Positions 54,327-64,000 of a stretch of 64,000 nucleotides of DNA are shown here, piece after piece. Both the position numbers and the translations under genes were made by a program. The notes below the pieces were generated by a model, which had not been told where the DNA came from, did no database searches, and saw nothing but the letters and a program-made list of their open reading frames with translations. The stretch comes from Thecamonas trahens ATCC 50062 (lineage: Eukaryota > Protista > Apusomonadida): NCBI RefSeq assembly GCF_000142905.1, contig NW_013657670.1:459498-523497 (forward strand). The letters run 5' to 3'. The number at the start of each line of letters is the position of its first letter. The stretch's first letter is position 1.

Positions 54327-55940
54327 TTATCTCGGCTGCTGCGGCGGGTAAGCCGACGGCGGCGGGACGTAGGAAGGAAAAGCCGTCGGGTGCTGCTGGG
54401 CCGGCGGCGGCATAGGTCCCTGTCGCTGCATGCTCGGCGGGTGCATGCTCGGCGGCGGTGGCCCACCAAAGGCCATCCGCCGCGCCATGGGGATGACGTG
54501 CGGCGCCAGTGCAGGAGCCGGCGGCACGTAGTTGGACATGATTGGCGCCGGATAGCCAAAGCCAAAGCCTGTTGGGCGTGGGGTGGGCGGATGGACGTTC
54601 GCGGCAGTCGGCGGCGGGCCCGGCATGCCGTGGACGTGGCGAGTCTGCGGGGCGTGGGCAGGCCGCGGCGCGCCGTACTGGCCGGGCTGGATGATCGGGG
54701 CCGGGCGGGCCCGCGGGCGCGGCTTGGCGGTCTTGGACGGCCGCCCCGAAGGAGCAGGCGTGCCCGGCTTGTCGCCACCCCGCTTGCGTTTCTTGCGCTT
54801 CTTGCGCGCCGCCATCTCGGCCTCGTCGTCGGAAAAGTCGCGCTCATGATCGGCAACCTCCTCATCGTTCCACGAGCTCGCGTCCGAGCCCTGCTCCGCC
54901 ATCAGCTCATCAATGCGAGTCACAAACTGAGCCCGCGACTTGGGCGTAAAGACCGGCGCTCGGAGCGCGAGCCCCGCTGCCGCCACTTGAGCCTCATCGC
55001 CAAACCGGACCGTGTAGAACGGCGACTGGACCGGACCCAGGGTCTCGGCCACAGCGCCGATGACCTTGCGGTCCTGGGTGCAGAGAATCGAGCCTTCCTC
55101 CAGCGGCCGCGAGAGCTCCAGGCCTTTGATCACCACCACAGCGTCGAGCTGCGACGAGATGGTGCCCACAAGCTCCAGCGGCTCGTCCGCCGCCACCGAC
55201 ACCGCCGACACGTCGGCCACCGGCGGATTCAACACCTCGTTGGCGGTCCGCGGCACCTCGGCGAGCATCTTCTTCCGCTCTTCCGCAGCCTGCCGCACCT
55301 TCCACTCGGCATCAACGTCCTCAAACCCGAGATCAGAGCCCTCGCAGTCGGACGCCTCCGAGTCGGACGACGACGACGACGATGACGAAGCCTCGCCCGA
55401 CTCGGCGCATGCGCCGTTGGATGGCGACGACGACGACGAGAGCGATGCCACCAGTGATGGCCCTGGCTGTGCTGCTGATGTGGTAGACTCGGCTCGAGTC
55501 GCTGTTGGGGAGGCGATAGTGCGAGTAACAGGAGCAGCAGCTGCAGGCGCAGGAGCAGCAGCGGCTGTGGCCGCTGAGTCGTCATTGGCCATCACGCCTG
55601 CGGAGCGGGCCGGCTCGGTCGCGGCAACCTGGACACCTCCAGCTGCCAGTGACGAGACTGAAACTCGAGCAGTAGGCGGGCCAGCACTTGGGCTATCTCC
55701 AGCCAGGGGCACGGTCTCAGAATCGGCAGCAAGCCTGGGTTGGAGGCCCTCAGTCGTCGTGGCTGCCTCGTCCGCAGGGGATGAAGATGGCTCGGCTGCT
55801 GCTGGCGGTGCGGACGCATAGACCTGCGCAGGCTCTGTGTCGGCATTAACCTCGGTAGCAAGTGGACTAGTGGGGAGAACCTTGTCTGCATTTTCCGGAT
55901 GTGTGGACGGATGCGCGTCCATCGCACTTTCGCTCGCCAT
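54327..55940 (-). CDS. NAF1: H/ACA snoRNP assembly factor NAF1
   Basis: Gar1/Naf1 domain (PRT.NE, VG.I....VVI, LEEGSILC, IG.V.ET.GPV..P.Y.VRF), NAF1-specific GSDAS..NDEEV....DFSDDE.E motif and a Pro-rich tail. Confidence 0.9.
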   Translation of the reverse strand: MASESAMDAHPSTHPENADKVLPTSPLATEVNADTEPAQVYASAPPAAAEPSSSPADEAATTTEGLQPRLAADSETVPLAGDSPSAGPPTARVSVSSLAAGGVQVAATEPARSAGVMANDDSAATAAAAPAPAAAAPVTRTIASPTATRAESTTSAAQPGPSLVASLSSSSSPSNGACAESGEASSSSSSSSDSEASDCEGSDLGFEDVDAEWKVRQAAEERKKMLAEVPRTANEVLNPPVADVSAVSVAADEPLELVGTISSQLDAVVVIKGLELSRPLEEGSILCTQDRKVIGAVAETLGPVQSPFYTVRFGDEAQVAAAGLALRAPVFTPKSRAQFVTRIDELMAEQGSDASSWNDEEVADHERDFSDDEAEMAARKKRKKRKRGGDKPGTPAPSGRPSKTAKPRPRARPAPIIQPGQYGAPRPAHAPQTRHVHGMPGPPPTAANVHPPTPRPTGFGFGYPAPIMSNYVPPAPALAPHVIPMARRMAFGGPPPPSMHPPSMQRQGPMPPPAQQHPTAFPSYVPPPSAYPPQQPR

Positions 55941-56308
55941 GGACCTCGGTCTGTAGTGGAGTGCTGCGGCGGCGGGCCAGACGGCGGTGGCGAGCGGGCG
56001 TGGGTTTGAAGGAGGGGGTGGGTGAGTGTGGTTTGTTGGACAACAACAAAAATTGTACTATTTTTCTCGCCTGGAGAGCTGCACCGCGAAATGTTGCCGC
56101 TAGAGAAGCGAGCCGGAGCTGTAGCTGGAGACATGTCGCAATCACAACCGTCTGGTGTTCTGGCAGCATCTATCTCTATCGGCACGCACCTTGTGTCGTC
56201 AAGCGGCGGGCTCATGTCATCGTCGGTTTGTACAGGCCGTGGCCGACCTCGCCCAGCTAGGCTGTTGATCGAATCAGCCAACACCTGTCCCACCTTCTCC
56301 CCCCCACC

Positions 56309-59300
56309 ATGGCCAAGCACCTCCGGGAGTTCTCACAGCAGGAGGCACTCACCACGCGACTGGCAAACATTCTGGAAGAGTATCCGCTCTCGGTCGGTTC
56401 TACCGTTGCGGAATGGGCTCAGAATGCGGATGATGCTGGGGCAAGCGTCTTTGGCCTGGTGGTCGACGGACGAACTGCAAGAAACGACCTTCCATTGACG
56501 CCATGTGGCGGCGAAGCGCTGCCAGACATGATCGAGATGGCACGCCGACCGGCGCTGTATGTGTACAACTCGGCCCAGTTTTCAGATGCGGATTTAGAGA
56601 ACATTATTTCGCTCGGCAACTCGATGAAGCGCGAGTCGGGCGCCTCTATTGGCAAGTACGGTCTGGGTGCCAACGTCATGTACTCGTTCACTGACACGCC
56701 GATGTTCATCTCGCGCTCATCGCTGGTTGTCTTTGATCCGCATGGCCATCGGCTGCCCGGTGGTATGCTCGGGACTATCACCGACTACATGGCGTGCGGC
56801 CTGGCCGAGTCGGACCCGGTCCTGGCCTCCGCCTTTGACCTCGAACTGGCTGGCGTGTTCTCAGCCTCGCTCTCGGCCCATTTTGATGGCACCCTCTTCC
56901 GGCTCCCGCTGCGGACACCCGAGGACGCGGCGGCATCGGCAATCTCATCGCACGCGCTCTCCATCGACGATGTTACCAACCTCCTCTCCGACTTTGCGCC
57001 GCAGGCCTCGGACATGCTCCTCTTCCTCAAGTCGGTCTCGACCGTCTTTGCCCACGTTCTTACCGACGACGGCCTCACCACGCTCATCACCACCGAAATT
57101 GTCGGTCTCGGCCCAGAGCTCGCGGCCAAGCGGGCGTTGCTCCTGGATGTCGTTGCCGGCGAGCGTCAGGCGCTGCACGCCTCGTTCGAGCTGAGATTTA
57201 CCGAGTCGTCGGACATCCTTGCATCGCGACCGGCGCCGCGGTGGTGGGTCGCGGTTGGCACGCTCGACACACTCGATGCTGACGCCGAGGCTTTGGCCAA
57301 GGCTGTGGGCTACGTGCCCTGGGCCGGGACAGCGCTACCGCTCCACCAGCTGCCGCCGAACTGGCACGGCCGGGCGTACACCTTTCTTCCCCTGCCGATC
57401 ACTACCGGCTTTCCTTTTCACATCAACGGTGCGTTTGCGCTCTCGGCCAATCGGCGCCAGCTCTGGCGCGGCGATGCCGAGCTCTCGGACGCAGCAGCGA
57501 CAAAGGGCCGGTGGAACAGCTTTCTCCTCAACACCGTCCTCCCTAGCATTGTCATCCGCGCGTTTGTCGACTCCCAGGCAACGCAACTGGCGCTCGATCC
57601 GCTCGCTCACCTCCCAGTGCTTGCCAGCACACCACCACCGTTTGACGACTTTGCCCATGCGCTCTACACGGCTGTGACTAGCCTCGGGCCAGATGCGCCG
57701 GCATTGTTCCCGGATCCGCGCTCGCCTGGCAGCTTCGCGCCGCTCCACACGTTTACGCTCATGGACCCCGAGTTTGCGGCAACTGCATCATCGCACATGT
57801 TCACTGCGCTCATTGCTGCGGATGTGGCACTACTTGCACTTCCGACGCACGTTCAGGACGCGCTCGACGCACTCGACGTTCCGCTGCCGACAACGTCGCC
57901 GGCGATGCTGGCGTCGGCGCTCCGCCGGGTCGTTGCCGTCGATCCCGCGCTTCTTACCCGCGACGTTGCCGTCGCCGCCCTGAACTACGTCCTCTCGGGC
58001 GCGAGCGAAGAGAGCGCGTTGGCGCGACTTGCGTGTCTTGACGGCCTTGCCATTGTCCCACTCCGCGGCGGCGGACTGGGAACTCTGCGCGTCACCAATG
58101 CACCGCACGCCCTTGCTGCGGCAGCCTTACCTTTGGACGAGAAGCGGCGCGAGTCCAAGGCCGAGCGGGCAGCGCGGCGGCGGGCGGCGCGCAAGGCCGA
58201 GAAAGCTGAGCGCAAGGCCAAGGCCAAGGCTGCCAAGCGGCGGGCGCGCGGGCAGGAGCTAGAGGCCCGGCTCGAGTGCGGACTGGAGCCAGCACCAGAG
58301 TTGAAGGGCAGCATGCCGAGCTTTATGCCAGACACAATTGTCCTCCCGCCCCACCCGCAGTTTCTGGGGCTCATCCCTGACGATGCGGCGTGTCTAGACA
58401 TGGACTGCCGCGCAGCGGCTGTGCTCGCGGCTCCAGCGATATTGGCTGTGACCAACATCGTGCCGCTGGGTCTCGAGTACCTCACCCGCTTTGCGCTGCC
58501 GCGCTTTCTTGATGATGCGTTCCTGGGTATGGGCATGAACGATGCCCTTGTACTCTCCGGCTTTGACGCGGGTTTGCGCCAGCCGTTTGGCCCGCGGTGG
58601 CGCAGCCTGCGTCGTGCTGAACCCCATGCCGCAGCCACGGGGCGCGAGATCCTGAATCTGGCGTGGTCGCTCCTCGCGTCGCTCCAGCTCTCGACGGACG
58701 CCATTCGTCGCGCCTGCGCTGGACTGCCGATGGTGGTCACAGGCCAAGGCGTGGCAATGACGCTTGATGCGGCTGTAGCACACTTTGTGCTTGCACCCGA
58801 CGAGCTTGACCTAGCTGGGGAAAGCGCAGCCCTTGCGCGCGACTTTGGCGTCCTCTCGCTCGCCGCAGAATGGGCAGCCGAGGCTGCACTGGCAGCACAG
58901 CTTTTGCCGGCACACTGGTACGACGACGGCTTGCTTGCGCTGGCTGTTTGCGTTCCACGCGGAGCATGCATCGACGTTGTAAGTGATGCTGACGCAGCGG
59001 CACTCTGCCTGGCTGCGCGCGACACTATTGCCAACTGGGCCAACGCCGATGCCTCCGTGCTGCATCCGCAGTTGCGTCCTGAAGGTCTGGACCGACTGCC
59101 GCTCTTCGAGTCACTGGACGGGAGCAGCATGCTGGCGTCGCCTCGTGCAGACCCAATGCGGCCGCTGCCTCTGCCGCGCGGCGAGGGCTGGGCCATTGCG
59201 CGCAAAAGTCTTGCCGCGCTGGCCGGGCTGCGCATCATCAAGACCGACGGCTCAGCGCGGACCGTGTTGGGCTTGGTCGGAGCGGGCACAGCGGACTTTA

Positions 59301-61257
59301 CGACGTTCATGCGGCGGGTGCTCTTGCCGCGGCTGCGGAAGCTGCCTCGGGCGGTGATTGAGGAGCATATGAGTGTCGAGCTGGCGGCTGCGATATTCGA
59401 TGGGCTTGTGCCGGTCATGGTGTTGCCATGGCAAGGCGACGACGCGGTAATGAGCATGGTCCTTGGGCTCCGCGGCGTCCCGCTCCTGCCATCCTCCTCG
59501 GGCTGGCGGACCGCATCCGAGGTCCACGACCCAGACTCGGAGCTGCTTGCGCGAATCGAGAGAGCCGCCGCTGCCAGCACGGACGGCTCCATCGAGCTTG
59601 TCTTTCCGTCACATGCCTTCTCCACGCCAGGCGTTCTCACTGTCCTGCGAGCTTTGGGCATGACCGACCTCACGGCGCCCGAGTGCATGTTTGCCGCGGC
59701 CCGGGCGGTAGCTGAGCTCCGCGACGCCGAGCTTGCGCGCGAGTTTGTGGCGAGCGTTGTCCAGCACGCCCGGCAGTGGCCAGTCCACCAGTTGCGTGAG
59801 CTCGGCGCGATTGCTTTTGTACCGGCGTACGACTTGCGTGGCGCCGAGATGGTGCCGACTCACCTACTCCCGTCGCTGCCGTTCAACGCGGTGACCTCGC
59901 TCGAGACACAGGCTTGCTTGGGGTTCCAGGCTCAGAAGTATCGCGTCGATGACTTGGTGTCAGCGCAAGTGTCTCGGCGTCAGCCGAGCGGGGCCCACAC
60001 CGTGCGATTCGACGACGCCCTTGCGCGGGCGCACGAGCAGCTGCGCATGGTGACAGGGAGTACCAGCGCAAGCGAGATACCGAGCGCTGTGGTCACGTTT
60101 GTGGCTCCAAACGAAGCATCGATCCTTGCGATGGACGCTTCGGTCGGCTTCCGCAAGGCGCTGGTACTGCCGGCCGAGCTGGATCGGGCACCGCTGCGCA
60201 TGCTGTCGGCGTGGGGAGTGCCGCATCCACCGCCGGCATCTGTGGTGGCGAGCAACCTCACGGATTGCGTGGCGATGTGGGCGGAGAACGGTGTGAGAAT
60301 GCTTGCGAGCCACAACAGACTAGCGGCCCGCAATGCCGAGGCGTATGTGCACGGAACGGTGCTTCTCCATCTGGCGTACTTGGCACGATACCTGGCGGCG
60401 ATGACAGACATGAACTGGGTTGCGGCTCTGGCGCCGGTGCCGTCGGACAAGTTTGGTGTGATCAGAAAGGGCAGCTCTGGCAAGCGGTGGCTCATTTCGC
60501 AGCTGCGCGCGCTGCCGGTGGTGTTTGTCGATGGGGGCTCATCCATACGTCCAAGGTGTACTCGGATCTGGAGCACGATCTCGCAGATGACGTCCGCGCA
60601 CTACCGAGCTCGTACCTGCCGGTCCAGGGCCTGCTGGAAGAGCTTGGCGTCCACAACTTGGACCACGAGCCACTGATCCTACCGCGGGTGACAGCAGAAG
60701 CACCAAACACGCTACTGGGTCCGATAGTGGCGGCGGCGTTCAACGACGCGCGGCTGGCAGATGTTGTGGTTCGGAGCAGGAGCGGGCGCGAGTGGTTTGC
60801 GCACCGGCTGGTGCTCGGCACGAGCTCGGCGTACTTTGCGTCGGCATTTGAGTCGGGCATGTGTGCAAACGAGGGTGGCGTGATTGCCCTCACGACACCT
60901 CACTGGGCGTCAGACAGCGCGTACGATGCCATGATGCAGCACATGTACATTGGCGACGGTTGGTTGTCGGCGCTGAAGGAGACGCTTGAGGACGTCATGA
61001 CTGTGACTGAAGTCCTGCGGCTTTCGGATGTGTACATGCTGCCGCGGCTGAAGCAGGTGTGTGAACTGTGGCTTGCGAGCGGCGAAGCGGTGGCGATTCT
61101 CAACCTCTGCACACTGTATGCACTTGCAGATGCAACCAATGCAGTTCAGCTGCAGACAGCCATCGCATACCACATGCGACAGGTCCTCCCCGCGCTGATC
61201 AAGACCGACGATTGGGGTGAGCTGAGTGATGAGCAGCAGAGTCGAATCATGCACTAG
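56309..61257 (+). CDS. Sacsin-like (Hsp90/GHKL-type sacsin repeat) protein with C-terminal BTB/POZ domain (frameshift ~60535)
   Basis: Sacsin repeat motifs F.Q.E.LT.RL..IL..YP, E..QNADDAGAS, PALYVYN.A.FS..D, IGKYGLG, FDPH, GTLFRLPLRT, GRAYTFLPLP..TG.PFHING.FALS.NRR and WN. C-terminal BTB: FND..LADVVV..FAHRLVL...S.YF..AF.SGM...L..SD.Y.L..LK..CE. Confidence 0.85.
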
Positions 61258-61449
61258 CTATAGCCCCAAAGTGATGACGTATGTGTGTATTGTGGAAACT
61301 GCGCCGGATTGTGCTGAATTGAAGTTGCTGCAGGTGGATGACGTGTTGGCCATGTGGAGCGCCAGACCGCCGGTCGCCGACCATCGGTTGCCCGGCTCTG
61401 GCCGAGACCGAGAGCCACCCAACTCGATCCACACACGTTCCACGAGGAC

Positions 61450-62682
61450 ATGCTTGGACGGGCGATTCTGGGCGGACGGCGGGTTGTCCAAGGCGGTCTG
61501 AGGCATGGCATGACAGGAAGCACGACGAGGCGTGTCACACGAGGCATGTCGAGCTCGTTGGGTGCGGTGGGCGCGGTGGGGAGCGTAGGCGAAGCCGTGA
61601 GCAAGGTGGCCGACGCCACGGGATCGACAGCGCTGGCAGCAGCGGCGACGGCGACGACGACGGCGATGACAGATGGCGTAGAGGGCGTGGAGGGGAGTAT
61701 GCTTCGGGACTCGTTTGGAAGGGATCATACGTATCTGAGGATCTCTCTGACGGAGAAATGTAATCTGAGGTGCACGTACTGCATGCCCGAGGAGGGCGTG
61801 GAGCTGAGCCCGGCTGCCACCATGCTCACCGACGACGAGATCGTGGCTCTGGCAAGCTTGTTTGCAAAGGAGGGCGTGGAAAAGATTCGTTTGACCGGCG
61901 GCGAGCCGCTGGTGCGGAGGTCGGCAGTGGAGGTGGTGGAGAGGCTGGCAGCCATTGAGGGCATCAGTTCTGTGGGCATGACGACCAACGGACTGCTCCT
62001 CCGGCGCAAGCTGGATCCGCTACTCGAAGCCGGGCTTACGGCGCTCAACATCTCGCTCGACACGCTCGATCCGCACAAGTTCACGCTCATGACGCGCAGA
62101 CTCGGGTTCGAGCGGGTGATGGAGGGCATCGAGCGGGCAGCGGACTCGGCGCTGCCGACGATGGTCAAGATCAACTGTGTGCTCATGCGCGGGGTCAACG
62201 ACGACGAGGTGCTGGACTTTGTGGAGCTCACCCGCGAGCTGCCTGTCGACGTGCGATTTATCGAGTACATGCCGTTTGACGGCAACCGGTGGAACGACAC
62301 CAAGATGGTGCCGTACGCCGAGCTGTTGGAGACGATCCGCGGCGCGCATCCCAGCCTTGTGCGCGAGGCGGACGCACCGAACGACACGTCAAAGGCGTGG
62401 CGGGTACCGGGCTATGCTGGGCGGATCGGATGCATCTCGTCGATGACCGAGCACTTTTGCGGGAGCTGCAACCGGCTCCGGCTGCTGGCCGACGGCTCGC
62501 TCAAGGTCTGCCTCTTTGGCAACACCGAGATTTCTCTGCGCGACGCGCTTCGCGCCGGCGCAACCGACGACGACTTGCGGGCGCTCATTCAGGCTGCAGT
62601 GTGGCGCAAGAAGGCCCGGCACGCCGGCATGCACAACATTGCCAAGGGCCAGAACCGGCCGATGATCAAAATCGGCGGATGA
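61450..62682 (+). CDS. MOCS1: GTP 3',8-cyclase (MoaA/MOCS1A/Cnx2) with probable mitochondrial presequence
   Basis: [24 protein letters not shown] radical-SAM motif, RLTGGEPL, second cluster [15 protein letters not shown] and terminal MIKIGG-stop. Confidence 0.96.
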   Translation: MLGRAILGGRRVVQGGLRHGMTGSTTRRVTRGMSSSLGAVGAVGSVGEAVSKVADATGSTALAAAATATTTAMTDGVEGVEGSMLRDSFGRDHTYLRISLTEKCNLRCTYCMPEEGVELSPAATMLTDDEIVALASLFAKEGVEKIRLTGGEPLVRRSAVEVVERLAAIEGISSVGMTTNGLLLRRKLDPLLEAGLTALNISLDTLDPHKFTLMTRRLGFERVMEGIERAADSALPTMVKINCVLMRGVNDDEVLDFVELTRELPVDVRFIEYMPFDGNRWNDTKMVPYAELLETIRGAHPSLVREADAPNDTSKAWRVPGYAGRIGCISSMTEHFCGSCNRLRLLADGSLKVCLFGNTEISLRDALRAGATDDDLRALIQAAVWRKKARHAGMHNIAKGQNRPMIKIGG

Positions 62683-62691
62683 GCGCTGTTG

Positions 62692-64000
62692 TCAGCTCGA
62701 GTCTGAGTTGTCGTCCGTACTCGAGTCTGACGAGTCTGACGACGAGTCCGACGAGTCCGAGTCTGACAAATCAGCCGAGGCGGTGGCGTGGTCGTGGGCA
62801 TGGTTGTCGACCGAAGATCCGTTGAGCGGGATAGGGGCACCTGGCAGAGCCTGGTTGGTGTTGTGGCGGGCAGCGCGGTCCTCGTACTGGCGCTGGATGT
62901 CCGGGCGGAGCTTGGCGCGCATCTTGTCTATCTTTTTGGCCGGGAGAGAGCCGATGCCGTTAAAGGCCAGGTCCATGAGCGCGTCGCAGTCAAAGACGGA
63001 GGCCGGCATGTCCTTGACGCGCATAAAGAGCTCGCCGCCGGAAATGAGCTCGCTAGACGCCATGGCCATGATCTCGGGCTCAAAGGAGCGGACAAGGGCG
63101 AGGGCAACGCGGAAGAGTATTTTTGAGCCCTCGTAAAAGAAGGCGTCCCAGACCCGGAGCGTTGTCTCTGTGGGGACGGAGCGGACGTAGAGGCAGAGGA
63201 ACCACTGCGAGGAGATGAGCTCGAGTGGAATGCCCTCGGCCTCAAAGATGGGCGGCAGCGCGGGCATCTTGGCGGCGACAAGCTGGGCAAAGACCTTTTG
63301 GTCGACCGACGAGTCGACCATCGACCGCGAGTAGTATTGGGCCGGGAGAAGGAGCTCCAGAGTGGCGGCAAGGAGCCAGAAGGCCTCGTCCTCGGTCATG
63401 CGCATGAGCATAAAGGCGACGACAAAGTTCATGGACTGGCAGTAGCCGACAGCCTGGTTGCGGATTGAGTAAGCCACCAGGACCCGGCGAAGCTTGGCCT
63501 TGACCTCGGCGGCGTCGAGCGACGGGTGCTTGGGAAAGGTGCGGTCGAGGTCGTTGTCGATCTGGCGCATGGCCTCGGACGTCATGCCCTCTGCCTGGGC
63601 CAGCACCGTGGCGTAGGCCTCGTCCGGACTTGCGGCGGCTCGCAGCTTGGAGGCGCCTGATGTTTGCAGCCACACTGCAGGTCGCCACTGTTGCGGAATG
63701 CCAAGCCGGACCATCTTTTTCAGCTCGTCGCACTTTGCAAATGCCTTGGCCGGGTCGATGGCCGACTTTGCGGTTGCTGCTCGTGCCTTGGCCGTCGCCT
63801 TTGCGCGGGCCTTGTCGGCCTTTGCGCGGGCCTTTTCGGCCTTTGCGCGGGCCTTTTCGGCCTTGGCCAACTCCTTCCTGGTCTGCTTGTCGGGCTTTGG
63901 TGCCTTGGACTTGGACTTGGCCTTGGACTTGGCTGGCGGGCCGGATGCTTCGCAGCTGGCCTCGCCGTCAGCCGAGGCGCTGTAGGCGTCGGCATCGCCG
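62692..64000 (-). CDS. TBC-domain Rab GTPase-activating protein (5' end outside window)
   Basis: GIP..WR..VW, arginine finger IDNDLDRT, glutamine finger GYCQSM, E.EAFW, WFLCLY and RVWD.FFYEG. Confidence 0.93.
   Translation of the reverse strand, partial: GDADAYSASADGEASCEASGPPAKSKAKSKSKAPKPDKQTRKELAKAEKARAKAEKARAKADKARAKATAKARAATAKSAIDPAKAFAKCDELKKMVRLGIPQQWRPAVWLQTSGASKLRAAASPDEAYATVLAQAEGMTSEAMRQIDNDLDRTFPKHPSLDAAEVKAKLRRVLVAYSIRNQAVGYCQSMNFVVAFMLMRMTEDEAFWLLAATLELLLPAQYYSRSMVDSSVDQKVFAQLVAAKMPALPPIFEAEGIPLELISSQWFLCLYVRSVPTETTLRVWDAFFYEGSKILFRVALALVRSFEPEIMAMASSELISGGELFMRVKDMPASVFDCDALMDLAFNGIGSLPAKKIDKMRAKLRPDIQRQYEDRAARHNTNQALPGAPIPLNGSSVDNHAHDHATASADLSDSDSSDSSSDSSDSSTDDNSDSS

Noticed and set aside
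52377-55385. 1002-aa ORF as a single protein
   Set aside because: It is an artefact of the SEC14 frameshift running out of frame and antisense through NAF1.
9242-60537. Calling the frameshifted genes pseudogenes
   Set aside because: There are no in-frame stops or motif decay. Each break is fixed by one base, usually in a homopolymer, so assembly error is more parsimonious.
63790-63870. Mobile or regulatory repeat
   Set aside because: It is an in-frame 21-bp coding repeat (AEKARAK) in the TBC protein's low-complexity linker.
373-63995. Numerous long antisense or alternate-frame ORFs (e.g. 373-1311, 14813-16444, 35614-37692, 39657-41162, 57985-59688)
   Set aside because: These are shadow ORFs expected from high GC and codon bias. 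They have Arg/Pro/Ser-rich translations and no domain motifs, and some span N-gaps.

Overview
Gene-dense, GC-rich eukaryotic nuclear DNA from a draft assembly with six N-gaps. It has few, short GT-AG introns, mostly near gene 5' ends. The flagellar gene MNS1 plus amorphean-type cytoskeletal and Ras signalling genes suggest a flagellated protist; an apusomonad such as Thecamonas is my guess, and I have not checked it. About 27 protein-coding loci can be read: HECT E3 C-terminus (partial), MNS1, Tweety-like protein, cytochrome-b5-fused Delta8-type desaturase, C2-DEP-RasGEF-PH protein, PH-LRR-filamin-acidic-repeat protein, CHD1L/ALC1, FG-GAP/CUB membrane protein, ADCK/ABC1 kinase, four-LIM protein, COG1, acyloxyacyl hydrolase (AOAH), a beta-helix receptor with a polycystin-1-like membrane region, tRNA isopentenyltransferase, ABCG half-transporter, CH-CH actin-binding protein, folate-receptor-domain protein, gamma-glutamyltranspeptidase, MAP2K, double RasGEF, SEC14, NAF1, sacsin-BTB fusion, MOCS1A, a partial TBC RabGAP and a few hypotheticals. 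Twelve frameshifts in ten genes all need one extra base, usually in a homopolymer run, and are most likely sequencing undercalls. No CRISPR array, rRNA, tRNA or recognisable transposon was seen. The best leads are (i) the block of 40-bp array, AOAH and beta-helix/polycystin-like receptor, (ii) the sacsin-BTB fusion, (iii) an unexplained structured intergenic RNA candidate near 24.3 kb and (iv) a MAP2K with an acidic residue at one activation-loop phosphosite.
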